Shown here: positions 1 through 15,179 of the stretch, piece by piece | Position numbering within the stretch: position 1 is the first letter of the stretch | How the letters are laid out: each line of letters begins with the position of its first letter | Assembly: GCA_012295275.1 (NCBI GenBank) | Contig: CM022665.1 | Location: 48,298,001 to 48,362,000 of the forward strand | Source of the DNA: Chrysomallon squamiferum | Taxonomy: Eukaryota; Animalia; Mollusca | DNA length: 64,000 bases | Direction: 5' to 3' | Position numbers and translations under genes: made by a program | The notes under the pieces: model-generated | What the model was told of the DNA's origin: nothing | The model's input: the letters and a program-made list of their open reading frames with translations, nothing else | Databases searched by the model: none

Positions 1-175
1 CAGAACATGACCTAGCAATGTCAAGTTAACAAATAGTGATTTAGCAAACTGAAGTCAACAGGTAGTGATTTAGCAATGTCAAGTTAACAAATAGTGATTT
101 AGCAAACTGAAGTCAACAGGTAGTGATTTAGCAGTGTTAAATTAACAGAACATGACCTAGCAATGTCAAGTTAAA
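1..175. repeat. Degenerate ~29-bp tandem repeat (tagtgatttagcaa...)
   Basis: recurring tagtgatttagcaa / aatgtcaagttaa. Confidence 0.7.
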
Positions 176-669
176 GATTACAGCTCTATCATTGATTTTT
201 TATATTGCCTGGACACTGAACAGAATTCTCACCATCACTGTGTGTGTGTGTCTGTCTCAATGTGTGTATCTGTCTCTGTGTGTGTCTGTGTGTGTGCATT
301 TGTATGTGCTAATAGGTCTGTTTTTCACTTATGTGCATATGCATGTGTATGAAGAAAAATGTTTGTTTTTAATGATGTATGTATATATATATATGCATTT
401 GTGTTTGTGTAAGTGTATTTATTGTACTTGTGAACATGCACATGCAGTGCTGTGTGTGAACACGTGAGTGACACATGATACTGGATGTTATTAACATCAA
501 GTCAGAATTACCAGATTCCTGCTACACACAACTGACGTTGGTATGCCATACCTACATCATCATCATCATCATCATCAACATTAACACGAGCAGGCAGACA
601 TGCTGCCAACTGTACAGAGAGAAAACAACTGCAGCAGGAACAAACAGCGAGAGAAACGTTTTACATGTG

Positions 670-1435
670 TTAAACTAATACAGTGTAAAACTTTGAGATC
701 ACCTACATAGTTACACATTCTCTGAGATGTTCTACGTTTAACAAAGATACTAATACAGTGTAAAACTTTGAAATTAACTGTATAACAAAGATTCTGATAC
801 AGTGTTTAACTTTGAAATTAACTCTGTATAACAAAGTTACTAATACAGTGTAAAACTTTGAAATTAACTTTGTATAACAAAGATTCTGATACAGTGTTTA
901 ACTTTGAAATTAACTCTGTATAACAAAGTTACTAATACAGTGTAAAACTTTGAAATCACCTACATAGTTACACATTCTCTAAGATGTTCTATGTATAACA
1001 AAGATACTAATACAGTGTAAAACTTTGAGATCACCTACATAGTTACACATTCTCTGAGATGTTCTATGTATAACAAATATACTAATACAGTGTAAAACTT
1101 TGAAATTAACTCTATTTAACAAAGATACTAATACAGTGTAAAACTGAGATCACCTACAAAGTTACACATTCTCTGAGATGTTCTATGTATAACAAAGATT
1201 CTGATACAGTGTTTAACTTTGAAATGAACTATGTGTGACAAAGATACTAATAGTGTAAAACTTACTTATACACTTTGAAATGTTCTATGTATAACAAAGA
1301 TACTAATACAGTGTTTAACTTACTTATACACTTTGAAATGTTCTATGTATAACAAAGATACTAATACAGTGTTTAACTTACTTATACACTTTGAAATGTT
1401 CTATGTATAACAAAGATACTAACACAGTGTATAAC
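670..1435. repeat. Complex minisatellite (tataacaaagatactaatacagtgtaaaactttga...)
   Basis: more than 12 related units of ~47-75 bp. Confidence 0.85.
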
Positions 1436-1718
1436 TACATATTAATACAGTTCAACTATATATATAGATACAGTGTATAACAGATGAACTAAGATAAAGA
1501 AATATAAAAACATGAACACTTTGTTGTACACTTTGGCAAACTTTCTCTACTTGGATTCGAGAAAGAGGCCAATGACTTGTGCAGAGTAAAATGTTTTGTA
1601 ATTACTTTTTCTGCTCATGTAACAATGTGCTTTGAGCTGCCTAATCAGTCATGTAACAAACTAATTTACTTATTTCACTCCTTGAGTCACCACAAAACAG
1701 CCTGATTGTTTGTTTGTT

Positions 1719-1782
<64 letters not shown>

Positions 1783-2886
1783 GTAATAGTAATTATAGTA
1801 GTAGTAGTAATTATTATTATTGTTGTTGATGATGTTACTGTTGTTGTTGATGTTGTTTGTTTCACCTCTTTGTTGCTGTCTTGTTTTTCTTTTTTTTTGT
1901 TTAAACAAAGATAGACAGACAGATAGATAGATAGAAAGGTAGGTACAGACAGACAGACAGACAGAGAGACAGACAGGCAGGCAGGTATGTAAGCAGACAG
2001 GTAGACAGGTTGACAAATATGCAGACACATGGAAAGGCAGACGGAGATACAGACAGACAGACAGAAATACCTACAGACGTCTACAACACAGAAATGATCA
2101 AGTGATCTGTAAGGAGAAACCTGCAGTTCTGTAAGCAGTTTAAAAATCAATAGAGAAACCAGCTCAACTTACCAGCTCATCTTCACAACAAACTCCACTG
2201 CACACACTTTGTTTCCATGGCGACACACAGATGTTCTAAGACTAATAATCATAACCATAATCAAATTCCAGCAAATTTCCATCAAGCATCATTGTAATAC
2301 AAGAACAACAGTCGTGACACTGAATCCCGTTTCGAAAAATTTATTGCTTTTTGTACGCTTTTAAATATTTATATTTTAACAACAGCATACACACAGGCGA
2401 TTTGCTTATGAATTAATAAATGCTTAGTGCTAATTGAGAATAATATATTAACTTTGAAAATACATCAAAATTATATATATATAATTATCTGGCAGTGAAA
2501 GAAAATCACAGATTATTTAATCACTAAGTCATAATCTACACAGACTAAACATGTTGCCACTGCTGAACATCTCATCATTTCATTATGCATTGTTCACATG
2601 ATAAAATTTTGTTGTTTTCCCTGTTTTTCTCATATTTTAAAACTTTTACAAAAATCAGCTACAAGGTACATTTTTGTAAAAAAAAAAAAAGATAATAATA
2701 ATAATTACACATCTATGCAGGTAACTAAAATACAATAAACAATTGTTTTGTCATGCAAATAAGTATGAAGAATATCTTTGAGTAAAATATTAAAATGTTT
2801 AAAGATTCTTTTATTCTAGAAAGCCAGGTATTTCTATTACAAATTTTTGTCATAATTGGTCATTACTATTATTATTATTATTTATA

Positions 2887-2959
2887 ATTACCATAGCAAC
2901 CAGTACCTAACAGACAGAATGTTTTCTCTGTAACCTAGCAACAAGTGTTGCATAGTAAT
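2887..2959. promoter_or_regulatory. Cluster of three RFX X-box-like motifs in the PDE3 intron
   Basis: ATTACCATAGCAAC, GTAACCTAGCAAC and GTTGCATAGTAAT within 75 bp. Confidence 0.4.
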
Positions 2960-3484
2960 ATTACAAATTACTGAAATGGAAATGATACTGTAGTACAATG
3001 GACATAGTAAAACTTTGTATAATTTTTACAAAAACACACAGTAAAAAGGAATTCTACATTGTTTTAACTTTAAAAAACAGAGTAAAACTTTGTTTACTGG
3101 TTTAAAAAAACCCCAGATAAAACTGTACATTGTTTTAAATATAAAAACACAGTAAAATTTTACAGTACATAAAAGCTCTCTAAATAGAAAAACAGACTGA
3201 AACTGTACATTGTTTTAAATACAAAATCATAGCACTTTTGTAGTTTTAAATACAAAAACAACTCAGTACAAAAGACAGCTTGCTGTGATTAAAAAAAGAG
3301 TAACATGTGTGACAGCAGCAAATTTCTTTTTTTGTGTTACCATGAGTTCTTAACAACACCATATAACACAGAAAATAAACTTTTTCAATACACATTAAAT
3401 AAAACATACTTGCTTTCTCACACAATACACATTAATCTTTCTGTGATGTCACTGCAAACAAGAGTTTGTTTTATTTACACACAT

Positions 3485-3519
3485 CTACACACACACACAC
3501 ACACAGTCTGACTGGTTGT

Positions 3520-3555
<36 letters not shown>

Positions 3556-3797
3556 TACACACAGTTTGATTGTTTGTAAACACACACACACACAGTTTGA
3601 CTGTTTGACTGTAAACACACACACACACACACACAGTTGGACTGTTTGTAAACACACACACACACACACACAGTTTGACTGTTTGTAAACACACACACAC
3701 ACACACACACAGTTTGACTGTTTGTAAACACACACACACACACACAGTTTGACTGTTTGTAAACACACACACACACACACAGTTTGACTGTTTGTAA

Positions 3798-3828
<31 letters not shown>

Positions 3829-3985
3829 GACTGTTTGTAAACACACACACACACACACACACACACTGTTTGTAAACACACACACACACACACAGACTTG
3901 GACTGTTTGTAAACACACACACACACACACACACACACAGTTGGACTGTTTGTAAACACACACACACACACACAGTTGGACTGTG
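3485..3985. repeat. (CA)n-interrupted minisatellite, unit (ca)n-gtttgactgtttgtaaa
   Basis: ~14 units. Confidence 0.9.
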
Positions 3986-5232
3986 TGTAAGTAAGACAGG
4001 CTGACACATGGTCAATGATTTCTGACCACACTGTCATTATACCTGAACAACAAACAGACTGACCCAGTTCACTGTCGTCAAATAAACACCAGCAACAGAT
4101 AAATCACTAACACTGATCTCTACACCAGTACTAGCTGCAGTTGTAGGTGCTGTAGGTGCTGTAGGTGCTGTATCTGTACACTTTTAGTTGTAATATACTA
4201 GTACAATATTAATGATCTCTAAAGCATACATCTCTACATTTCTGGGTGCTATATTTATACAGTATTAAACTATGTATCTTATTGTATTAAATGCTATATC
4301 TGTACTGTATAAAGTGCTACATTTGTACAGTATAAGGTGCTATATCCATCCAGTTTTATATGCTTTATATGTACAGTATTAGATGCTACATCTGTTCTGA
4401 TTAGATGCTATATATGTACAGTATTAGATGATATATCTGTACAGTATTAGATGCTACATCTGTACTATATTATATGCTACATCTGTACTGTATTATATGC
4501 TATATATGTACAGTATTGCATGATATATCTGTACAGTATTAGGTACTGTATATGTACAGTATTAGGTTCTGTATATGTACAATATTAGTTACTGTATATG
4601 TACAGTACTGCAGTAGAAATGCCATGTACAGTATGTGTGTCATCAACTGCTCATTACAAGATTTCAGATGAACTGAAGAACCTATTACAGGACAAGCATA
4701 CAAAAAGGACCATTACCTTGATGAAACTCAGCCATTTAACAAAAACCAGTAACTGAACAAAGATCACTTTAATCTTCGTAAATTAAATCACAATCACCAG
4801 GCAACTGGTTAGCATTCAGCTGATTAACAAAAAATACATTTATAAAAATAGTTTGTCCTGAAACTAAGTCGAAGAAACTGTGCACGGACAAACTTCTGAT
4901 TGGTTTTATTTCTGAAATAATAAAACTCAATTTTAAATAATCACAGTTGACAAGTTACTTAAACAGCTACTAACTGCATCAACACCTGAATATACTGTTT
5001 ATATTACCACCACGTGTAACACTATTAAAATTAATACACGGGTGATGGTGTGTTTATGAGATTATGTAACAGGCAGTGGTGGTATGTACTATCAAATCAC
5101 TGCTATACATTTGTACTGCTGTAATAATTATAATTAATGGTGTATTATGAAAAGGTAGAAATATAAGCAAAAACAAATAAAATATAATAATATAAAGATT
5201 GCAATATAATAACAATAACAATAATAACTAAC

Positions 5233-5295
<63 letters not shown>

Positions 5296-7844
5296 TTGAT
5301 ACTTAATAAAATAACTATAATGCATCATAATGCAAGTGATATATAATAATGTAGATTTTGCAATAAAATAAAATAAAATCTGATATTTAATAATATAAAC
5401 ATTGTAATATAATAATAATAATAAAAAACTGATATGTAATAATATAAGGGTTATAATATATAATGAAAACAACTGATTTATAAAAATTAAATGGTTTAAT
5501 AAATGAAAAATGACAGAAATGTAATAATAAAAAGAATGTAATACAGACTTCTTTTTTTTTTTTTAAATTTAATACAAGGCTTAACATGTATGAAAAACAA
5601 CTGAAATATAATATACAAATTGTAATATATAGAAAATAAATTTAATGAAATAAAATAAATAAAAAAATAAAAACTCATATATATTAATATAAAGACTAAT
5701 ATAGGGGAAAAAATTTAAAAATTGAGTATATGCATTAACATACTTGAATAACAATTGAAATATAATCACATAAAGATTGTAATATGAAAAAACAAATGAT
5801 ATGCTAATATTATGCTCAACATACATGAACAACAAGTGATATATAATCATGTAATGATTGCAATATAATTTTAAAACAGAAATAAAAAAAAAACAAGGGT
5901 TATAAAATAAAAAAATTCATATATATTAATAAAAGATTATAATTAAAATAAATACATAAATAAATAAAAATTAATCTTTAATATATGGGTTATAATATAA
6001 GAAAAACAATGATATATGATAAAATTAAGATTGTAATATATAAAAAAAAAAAAAAAAAAAATACAAGAGATATAATTATTTAAAAAAAAAAAAATAAAGA
6101 TATTTAAAAAAAATAAGATTTAACATATTAGAAAAACAAATCAAACTTAATAATAAAAACATTGACATATAATAAAATAAGGGTTGTAATATAATAATAA
6201 AAAAACCCCAACTAACTGAACTACAAAAATACAAGTGTTATAATTTATGTAAAACACCCCAATACCACAGACCCAGAGAAACATGTTTACGACAGTGTTT
6301 ACACACATTCAGTAAACAAATGGTGTTTGAAAACACTTATCTGCTACTACTTAAAGAGGAGTTCTATGGCAGAATAAAGACTCAATTATGCTGTGAGAGG
6401 CTGGAGGGCGTACATTAGATATGAAATCTCTTGGACAAATTTCAAAGTAAACTCGAGGCATCGGCCATTTTGATAGACACAAGTGTGGAATACAGAAAAA
6501 TATTACACACTCAACCACAACTTTACTGACAATTAATGATGCCTCAGTTTGGTTTATAGTTAAATTTATTTACTGGAATGCTTGTGTGGTACATTATAAA
6601 TAACATTAAGCTCTGTAATAAACAGTTATTAAGCAATATCATTGTTATATAAAGAATACAAACAGCGATTAAGCAAAAGTTTTGTTATTATTCTATATGT
6701 ATGTGTATGTATAATATATACCTGTGATATATAAGCAGTATTACATAGAGCTTCATCAGTAAGTGAACCAGATACTATGTGTTGTTACTACCATGTGTAT
6801 ATTATTTTTAATATTCAGACATGATACAGATAAGGTAATTTTACTCTCCAGGGTATATCATATATCAAACACAATCATAGTTTTGTTCATTTCTGAAAAT
6901 ACTGCATCTCCATGTAAATAAAACAGACTACTATTAATGTTCTGTTTGTACATGAATATAATAATAATTTTCTTACTATCTAACTATCCACACACACACA
7001 CACACAGAAAAAAATTACATATGGATATGTAATGTTTATGTATAATACTAAAAAACTACTAGTTTTGTTAATATAGGAATATAATAATAATTTTCTTAAT
7101 AAATATCATGTTTTCTTACATAACATTTATATATACAGCACCGAAAACTATTGAAGTTTTGTTCATAAATTAATACTAAAATGTTATTTAGTGTGTGTGT
7201 ATACATATATAGTATCAAAGGTTATTAAAGTTTTGTTCACATATGAATGTAATAATAAGTCATGTCCCCATATATAACTTTTATATACAATATCAAATAA
7301 CATTATTAATTCACAAACCAATACAGTAATAATTCTTTGCAGTATATATTATATCCCCATATATAACTTTTATATACAATATCAAATAACATTATTAATT
7401 CACAAACCAATACAGTAATAATTCTTTGCAGTATGTATCATGTCCCCATATACAATCTTTATATATAAATCAAATACGATTACAGCTTCATTCACAAGTC
7501 AACACTGTAATAATTGTATTAATATATATCTATCATGACTCCATACACAATATTTATACACAATATCAAACTCTGTTATGTTCACAACAGACACACATTG
7601 TGGCTGTGTGTTGTGTAGGCAGACAGTTCACTCTGGACATGTAACAATGATGACAGTGGACTGCTGACAGTTGTATAAAAGTAACAGCTAGATTACTTGA
7701 CTCGTATATTGACAGCATTATCATTGTTTAACAGACCCCACAGTGAATTTTATACACAGAAATGTGCACCAACACATCAATATAGACTGCAGGTAAAACT
7801 ACAGGTAAAATCATAGGCAGAGAATAGGTATAGAACAAGGTAGT

Positions 7845-8500
7845 CAGAGATATATAACAGATAAAGTCATAGATATATAACAGATAAAGTCACAGATATG
7901 TAACAGATAAAGTCACAGATATGTAACAGATAAAGTCACAGATATGTAACAGATAAAGTAACAGATATAAAACAGATAAAGTCACAGATATATAACAGAT
8001 AAAGTCACAGATATGTAACAGATAAAGTCACATGTATATAACAGATAAAGTCAGATATGTAACAGATAAAGTCACAGATATGTAACAGATAAAGTCACAG
8101 ATATATAACAGATAAAGTCACAGATATATAACAGATAAAGTCACAGATATGTAACAGATAAAGTCACATGTATATAACAGATAAAGTCACAGATATATAA
8201 CAGATAAAGTCACAGATATATAACAGATAAAGTCACAGATATGTAACAGATAAAGTCACAGATATGTAACAGGTATATAGAACAGGTATGTAACAGATAA
8301 AGTCACAGATATGTAACAGATAAAGTCACAGATATATAACAAATAAAGTCAGATATGTAACATATAAAGTCACAGATATATAACAGATAAAGTCACAGAT
8401 ATATAACAGATATATAGAACATGTATATATGAACAGGTATATAGAACAGATATATATGAACAGGTATATAGAAAAGGTATATATGTAATAACTAAAGTTA
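7845..8500. repeat. 24-bp minisatellite acagataaagtcacagatatgta/ata
   Basis: more than 20 tandem copies. Confidence 0.9.
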
Positions 8501-9314
8501 CAGATATAGATAGATCAAGTAAAGTCACAGAAGAGAACAGGTAAAAACACAAGTACAGACCATGATAAGTTTATATAAAATACATGTTTATATATAAAAG
8601 TCATAATCTTGTAATATATACTTTTAACAATATTTATGAATTATCCTGATTAATGACAACTGTAATTATTAAGTACAAATAAAAAAAAAAACATTTCAGG
8701 AGTTTTATAAAATTAGTCATTTTACATAACCAGACAACAGATTATGATGTTTGATACAATTTATTTTAACACCTTAGTTTAAAACTTTAGTTTAAAATCC
8801 ACAACTGCTTATTTGCAGATTATCTTCATTTACTTAAGACTATTACTTTTTAACACAATGTTTACAAATACTGTTTTATTTGCAAATACAATTATTAATA
8901 CTCTAGTTTAGTTATAAATATTTTAAAACTAAATTTTTTTTTTTTAAATAAATGTTTATTTACAAATAATATTATTTTAATACCACAATTAATAAACAGA
9001 TATATTAATATGAGAGTTTATTTTCTGTAATAATTTAACACCATAATCTGTTTACAAAGATTAATTTCAATAACATAATTTTCAGACTGCGTTGTAGTAC
9101 ACACAAAAACATTTACAGAAAAAAACCTTTTAAACGTTATTCAAACAACACTTCTAAGATTTTGTTGTTTTTCAGACTTCAAAGATTTTCCTGGTGTACA
9201 TTAAAAACACATATTCTGCTTTACCAACACACACAAACTTTGTTATTACAATTTCTAGTCTAACAGTCAGCCAGTCCAAAATCTGTTTAGAAGCTTAGCT
9301 TTATTTATTTAATA

Positions 9315-9810
9315 CATATTGTTTAAAACCTGCAGTATATTTAAAGCTGGCACTATACATTTTAAAACCTACAATATATATTGTTTAAAACCTGTACTAT
9401 ACACTGTTTAAAACCTGCAGTATGTATTGTTTAAAACATGAAATATACAGTTTAAAACCTGCAGTATTTAATATTAAAATACACAATATATATTGTTTAA
9501 AACCTGTTCTATATACTGTTTAAAACCTGTATTATGTATTGTTTAAAACATGAAATATATATGCAGTATTTAAAACCTGCAGTATTTAATATTAAAATAC
9601 ACAATATATATTGTTTAAAACCTGTTCCGTATACTGTTTAAAACCTGCAGTATGTATTGTTTAAAACATGAAACATATAGTTTAAACCTGCAGTATTCAG
9701 ATTAAACTATACAGTTTATTTTTAAACCTATGTATTGTTTAAAACATGAAACATATAGTTTAAACCTGCAGTATTCAGATTAAACTATACAGTATATATT
9801 GTTTAAAACA
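9315..9810. repeat. Degenerate minisatellite tgtttaaaacctgcagtat
   Basis: recurring tttaaaac core. Confidence 0.75.
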
Positions 9811-10424
9811 TATTTCTACTCAAACAGCTGTAAACCATGCTAAATTAGATTTAAATTGAAGCATGACTTTACATAAACACCTGTACAAGTGAACAATTAT
9901 GTCTACCTGATTGTTACCTGTATTCACCATACACCTCTGTTTTTACCTATGTAGTATACCTGTATTTATTTCCAGTATAAAGTTTAACTGTCTGTCTTTG
10001 TTTTTACCTTTGTTGTTCATCTACATATACTTGTTTCTATGTATCTGTTTACCTGAATTATATTCTATTTAATTTACCTGTAATATATTATATTCTATTT
10101 ACCTGTATAATATTCCACTAAGTAATTTAACTGACATATATTCTACTGTTTAATTTACATGTGAAATATTCTACTATTTAATATACCGGTTTTGAAATCT
10201 ACCTACATAGTTGTCTTGGTTACGTTTGTTTTTATTTATTCATGCATTCTACTACCTGTTCAGTCCACCTCTACATATTTAAATAAATAAATAAATAAAT
10301 AATTTAAACTTTAACTTTACACATAATACACAGATATATTTCTATTTCACTGACTGATAATGATACTCTTTACTGATATTATTATTATTTTTTGTTTGTT
10401 TACAAGTAAGAATTTTTGGATGTG

Positions 10425-10645
10425 GGTGGTTGTTGGTGATGATACTGTTGTTGAAGGTGGTGTTGTTGTTGGTGGTGGTACTGTTGTTGAAGGTGTTGTT
10501 GTTATTGTTGGTGATGGTACTGTTGTTGAAGGTGGTGTTATTGTTGTTGGTGATGGTACTGTTGTTGAAGGTGGTGTTACTGTTGTTGGTGGTGATACTG
10601 TTGTTGAAGGTGTTGTTACTGTTGTTGGTGGTGGTGGTGGTGACG
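10425..10645. repeat. ~33-bp GGT/GTT minisatellite (tactgttgttgaaggtggtgtt...)
   Basis: ~6 units. Confidence 0.8.
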
Positions 10646-11409
10646 TTGTTGTGACACTGTTTCAGCACTGACAGTGTCTGTTTCAGAGTAACAGTAAACC
10701 TCATCCGACGTGTACTAACGAGCTGTCAGAAACACGTGTGTAATATGAACCGTGTATCACAGTTAATTAACAAACACTGCGGACCCTGGTTCAAAACTTG
10801 TAAGTGGAAGTACACAGATACAAAACACTTTGTGTCTGACAAGTGTGTGTATTGTAATCTAGTTGAAATTAAAATCTGTTTAAATAAAAATAATAAAAAG
10901 TGTAATTCTGTCTGAGTGAGTTGAGACCCTGCTCTCCATATCAGTGAGAGAGTTTTAGGCGAGTTTCTGCTCTCCTACTTTCAGTTTACATGGTGACAAG
11001 TAAACAGTACAAGTTACTGTCTTTTTACCTGTGTTTATCCCCCACACACACACACTTCGTTTACATTGATCACTTCATTTTTCACTTGTATTTCTTATGT
11101 TAAACTTATTCTGAGTTTTGCTGTCACACTTGTGCATTCCTTCTTGTGTCATGTATAGATGACACTGCTCACTTCATTTTGCACACTGACAACAAAGATG
11201 ACACTACTACGCTCACTAGATTTTCAGCTATGATGACAACACACTGCTCACTTCATTTTGAGCTTCGACAACAACAACGACGACGGTGACATAATTATGT
11301 TTCAGTTCATTTTGCTGCTCACTTAATTTTCATTGTCACTGTCACAGGACTGTAAACAACAACAACAACAAACACACACAAAGGCTAAAAATAGAAACAA
11401 AATTCTTAC

Positions 11410-12285
11410 CTGGCTCTTCTGAATGAGCGCTGGCAGTGACGTGCGCCTCGCCGACCTGTGCATGGAAAACGTGTGCGCGCTTGAAGAGCTCGACCGTCTC
11501 CGTTTTATCACTGGGATTTTCCCGTCCTGGGTCATGAAGTTCTGAATGGGCGGCTTCAGCACCGTCTCCATGTACTTGGAGACGAGGACGCCCACGAAGC
11601 CGCACGTGTACGCGACGTAGGGTCGCAGGCCCGGGGGTAGGTCCAGCAGCGTCGTGCACGCGAGGAAGCGCGTGAAGCTGACGAGCAGGATGATGAAAGC
11701 ACTGTGCAGCGTCTCCAGAGACGAAAACACGCTGGCGATGCTGATGGACAGCAGCACGAAGACGATGAGCAGCGGCTGGGTGACGGCGTTGCTGCTGCCG
11801 CTGCCGATGCTGGCCGTGGCGGCTGCGGCTACGACGACGTGCGGGTCGCTGGAAGTAGTCCAGTCGCGGAGGAAGGCCTGCGCCAGGGTTTCCCCCAGGT
11901 AGCATGACGAGAACAACAGGTAGACGCTGGTGTTGCTCCACGTCCTCCTCAGGTACAACGACAGCCAGTAGAACGCGCACAGAATGCTGAACATCGGCAC
12001 CAGCAGCGCACACAGCCGCTGGAACAGCAGTCCGACGTCGCAGCGAATCGCTTGGTACAACACCGTGCTGGCCGCAAGAACGGAAAACCCGTACACCAAG
12101 GCCAGCTGATGCGCTGTCAGGCTGGCGCTGCCCAGCCCGACCCAGCCGAGGAAGAGGCTGTAGTTGCCCTGCTCCAGCGGCTTCACGAACACCTGGACGT
12201 ACCCGTTGTTCTCCGCCTCCTCGTCGTCTCTGTCGGCGTCGTTTTTCGAGCCGCGTCGTGCCAGTAACGTTCGATGCATAGCCAT
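11410..12285 (-). CDS. PDE3: cGMP-inhibited 3',5'-cyclic nucleotide phosphodiesterase 3 (PDE3A/B-like), first coding exon with N-terminal membrane region; rest of gene lies beyond the left edge
   Basis: GC-rich ORF MAMHRTLL...; NGYVQVFVKPL resembles PDE3B NGYVKSCVSPL; several hydrophobic segments; IPVIKRRRSSS and RRTSLP match the PDE3A IPVFKRRRRSSS/RRTSLP phospho-motifs; ends at CAG|GTAAGA donor (11410/11409). Confidence 0.88.
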
Positions 12286-12877
12286 TTTGTCGTACACTGT
12301 TTGGGTTCCCGGCTCACTGGCCGCGATGGCTGATGGGAAAGAAAACTACAAAGCAGCGAAAGCTCGTGCGCCGTGTTCGATCTCGTGCCAACTGTCATTT
12401 GCACCGAGCGCCTATAATGGAAGTCAACATGCCACCGTCCTATGAATCAAACTGAGCCATGTTGTTGTTCTTCTTGTTGTTGTTGTCGTCGTCGTCTTTT
12501 GTTGTTGTTCTTCTTCTTCTTCTTCTTTCTTCCGCGGAACGGGAAGACCACGGATTTGGCCGACATACATCGAAGTGTTTTCACTCGTTTCCGTCCCGTT
12601 ATACGCTGACCTCTGCCGGGCGAAACAAGGCGACAGTTAATTAGTGCTAAACGTTAACCCACAGCGAGGCTGGCTTTGTAACAACGTACAACACAGTTAT
12701 ACCTTATTTAAGACGCTTAACGAACGTTATGTAAACAACTACGTCACTAACCTCGTGGTATGCAAATCATTGTGTACTACACGATAATACGTGTGTTATT
12801 GTTGTTTGTTGTTACACTGTGGTAGTAACTCTGTGCGAGGCTGCAACTTCAGTTTGATTGATTTTGATATTCAATGC

Positions 12878-12914
<37 letters not shown>

Positions 12915-14000
12915 AGAGCGTATGTGTTTAAAAATATGATATTTAATATTTACATTCCATGGACCTCAAAAGTACCCAGTCACCAGCGGCAAATTGCTTC
13001 CTTAAACAACAACAACAACAACAACAATAACAATAATAATAATAATATAATAATATAATAATAATAATAATAATAATAGTAATAATAATAATAGTAATAA
13101 TAATAATATAATAATAATAATAATAGTAATAATAATAATAATATAATAAATAATAATAATATAATAATAATAATAATAGTAATAATAATAATAATAATAG
13201 TAAATAGTAGTAGTAGTAGCAGGAGACGTTTTAGTAGTAGTAAATATATGCAATGTCAGCATAGTGCAGTTTCTGAAGCAACTATAATTCTGTATTCATA
13301 ATGTTCTAAGTACAATGTCCACATTTTATTTATTTATTTAGGTACTTAGATACTTATTTTTACAGCGTATTCTACAGTTTTAATTAACTGTATTATTTAT
13401 TATAACATTCATAATCGCTTTTTATTTCATTTTTAAAAAGAAAGTTAAACTCCTGATGTAAACTGTAACAAGTATTAATATAACGCATTTCTATAGTAGT
13501 AGCAGCAGCAGTAGTAGTAATAATGACAGTGGTGGTGGTGATAATGGTGGTTTTCGCAGATGTAATATATTCGATATTAAAGACAATTTTATATTATTTT
13601 ATTTTATTTTATTTTAGATATTTGTAAAAATAAAAAAAAAAAAAAAATAATAATAATAAAATAAAAATAAAAAAAAAAAATCATTGGTACAAGCATGTTA
13701 AAATTTTTGTTAGAAGATTTTACAGTGAAAAAGAACAGAAACCGGAAAATGTAGGAGTTGGTAGATATATTAGTATAATTATTTAGATGGGGGTTTTTTA
13801 ATGTTGAACACGCATTTCTGGAAAAATAACTGAAGATTTTTTTCTACGATGCTAGTTAATGCATTCAGCGGCTGTGTAGATGCTAGATAAACGATCTTTA
13901 CTGCGGATAAGAAACGTTTTATTTATCAGAACACGTAAACAGCCCCAATAATTGCTTTCCAGCGGCTGCCAAAATCTCTGGGGGGGGGATTAACATTCTA

Positions 14001-14062
14001 TGACGTCACATGTAAACAGAGAATGACTCCGAAGCGTGACGCCAAAAAAAAAAAAAATAATA

Positions 14063-14115
<53 letters not shown>

Positions 14116-14599
14116 AAAAATAAGATCGCGTGTGACCAAGCAATAAAAGCGTGTAACATTCAATGACAGCAGATAGTGATCAGGGTTACGTTCACAGCTT
14201 CAGACATTGTTCACGTGCCAGTCCGTGGGGGGTGCGGGGCTGGGGGGGCTGGTGCGCTCAACTAGCACGCACAATTCATTGTTTTGTCACTGACCGAATT
14301 TTCTGTTTATTATTCATTTTATATTTATAGTTACAATAATAGTAATAATAGTATTAGTGGTAGTAGTAGTAGTAGCAATAATATTAATAATTTAGTTTTT
14401 AGTAGTAGTAGTAATAATAATATTAATAATAATAATTTTGTTTTTTGTAGTAGTAGTAATACTATTAATAATAACAATTATGACTACTACGACTACAAAA
14501 AAAACCACAAAAAAACCCCCCCCAAAAACAGAAGCAGTAACAATATTAATATTGTTATTGTTTCTACCGCTATTGTTAAAATGAATGAATGTTCTAAGT

Positions 14600-14638
<39 letters not shown>

Positions 14639-14846
14639 GTTTATCACTATCATTTAATCACCATGATGTTTCATCCAATGAACATACTCTAAAACAGTTT
14701 CTACAGTTACAGTTCTTTTACACAGAGGAAACACGTCAAAATGAGTTAAACTAATTGTACGTTTGTTACATAACGTCAAAATGAGTTAAAAATATCTGTG
14801 TTCTGTGACGTCACAAGCCAGCGTGTTTGTGTGTGGAATTACGTCA
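14001..14846. promoter_or_regulatory. Full CRE palindromes upstream of PDE3
   Basis: TGACGTCA at 14001 and 14806; TTACGTCA near 14839. Confidence 0.35.
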
Positions 14847-14911
14847 GCTCTGAGTTAAAACATTGTTAGGTAACCAGACATCATAAACATCCAATTTCAG
14901 TGACAGCAAAC

Positions 14912-15014
<103 letters not shown>

Positions 15015-15127
15015 GGTGGTGGTGATGGTGTGGTTATGACTACTACTTGTACAGGTACTATTACTAATGCTGCCATTATTGTTGTTGCAGGTTTTTCTAC
15101 TACTACTACTTATTAATTGTTAATTTA

Positions 15128-15179
<52 letters not shown>

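Noticed and set aside
1641-5850. Poly-I/Y/VC ORFs
   Set aside because: Translations of (TAA)n, (CA)n and (GACA)n microsatellites
11342-12445. Alternative-frame and antisense ORFs over the PDE3 exon
   Set aside because: Expected shadows of GC-rich coding sequence; no recognisable motifs
14044-14122. Long poly(A) tract as a retroposon tail
   Set aside because: No recognisable SINE/LINE body or target-site duplication; such tracts are common in this window
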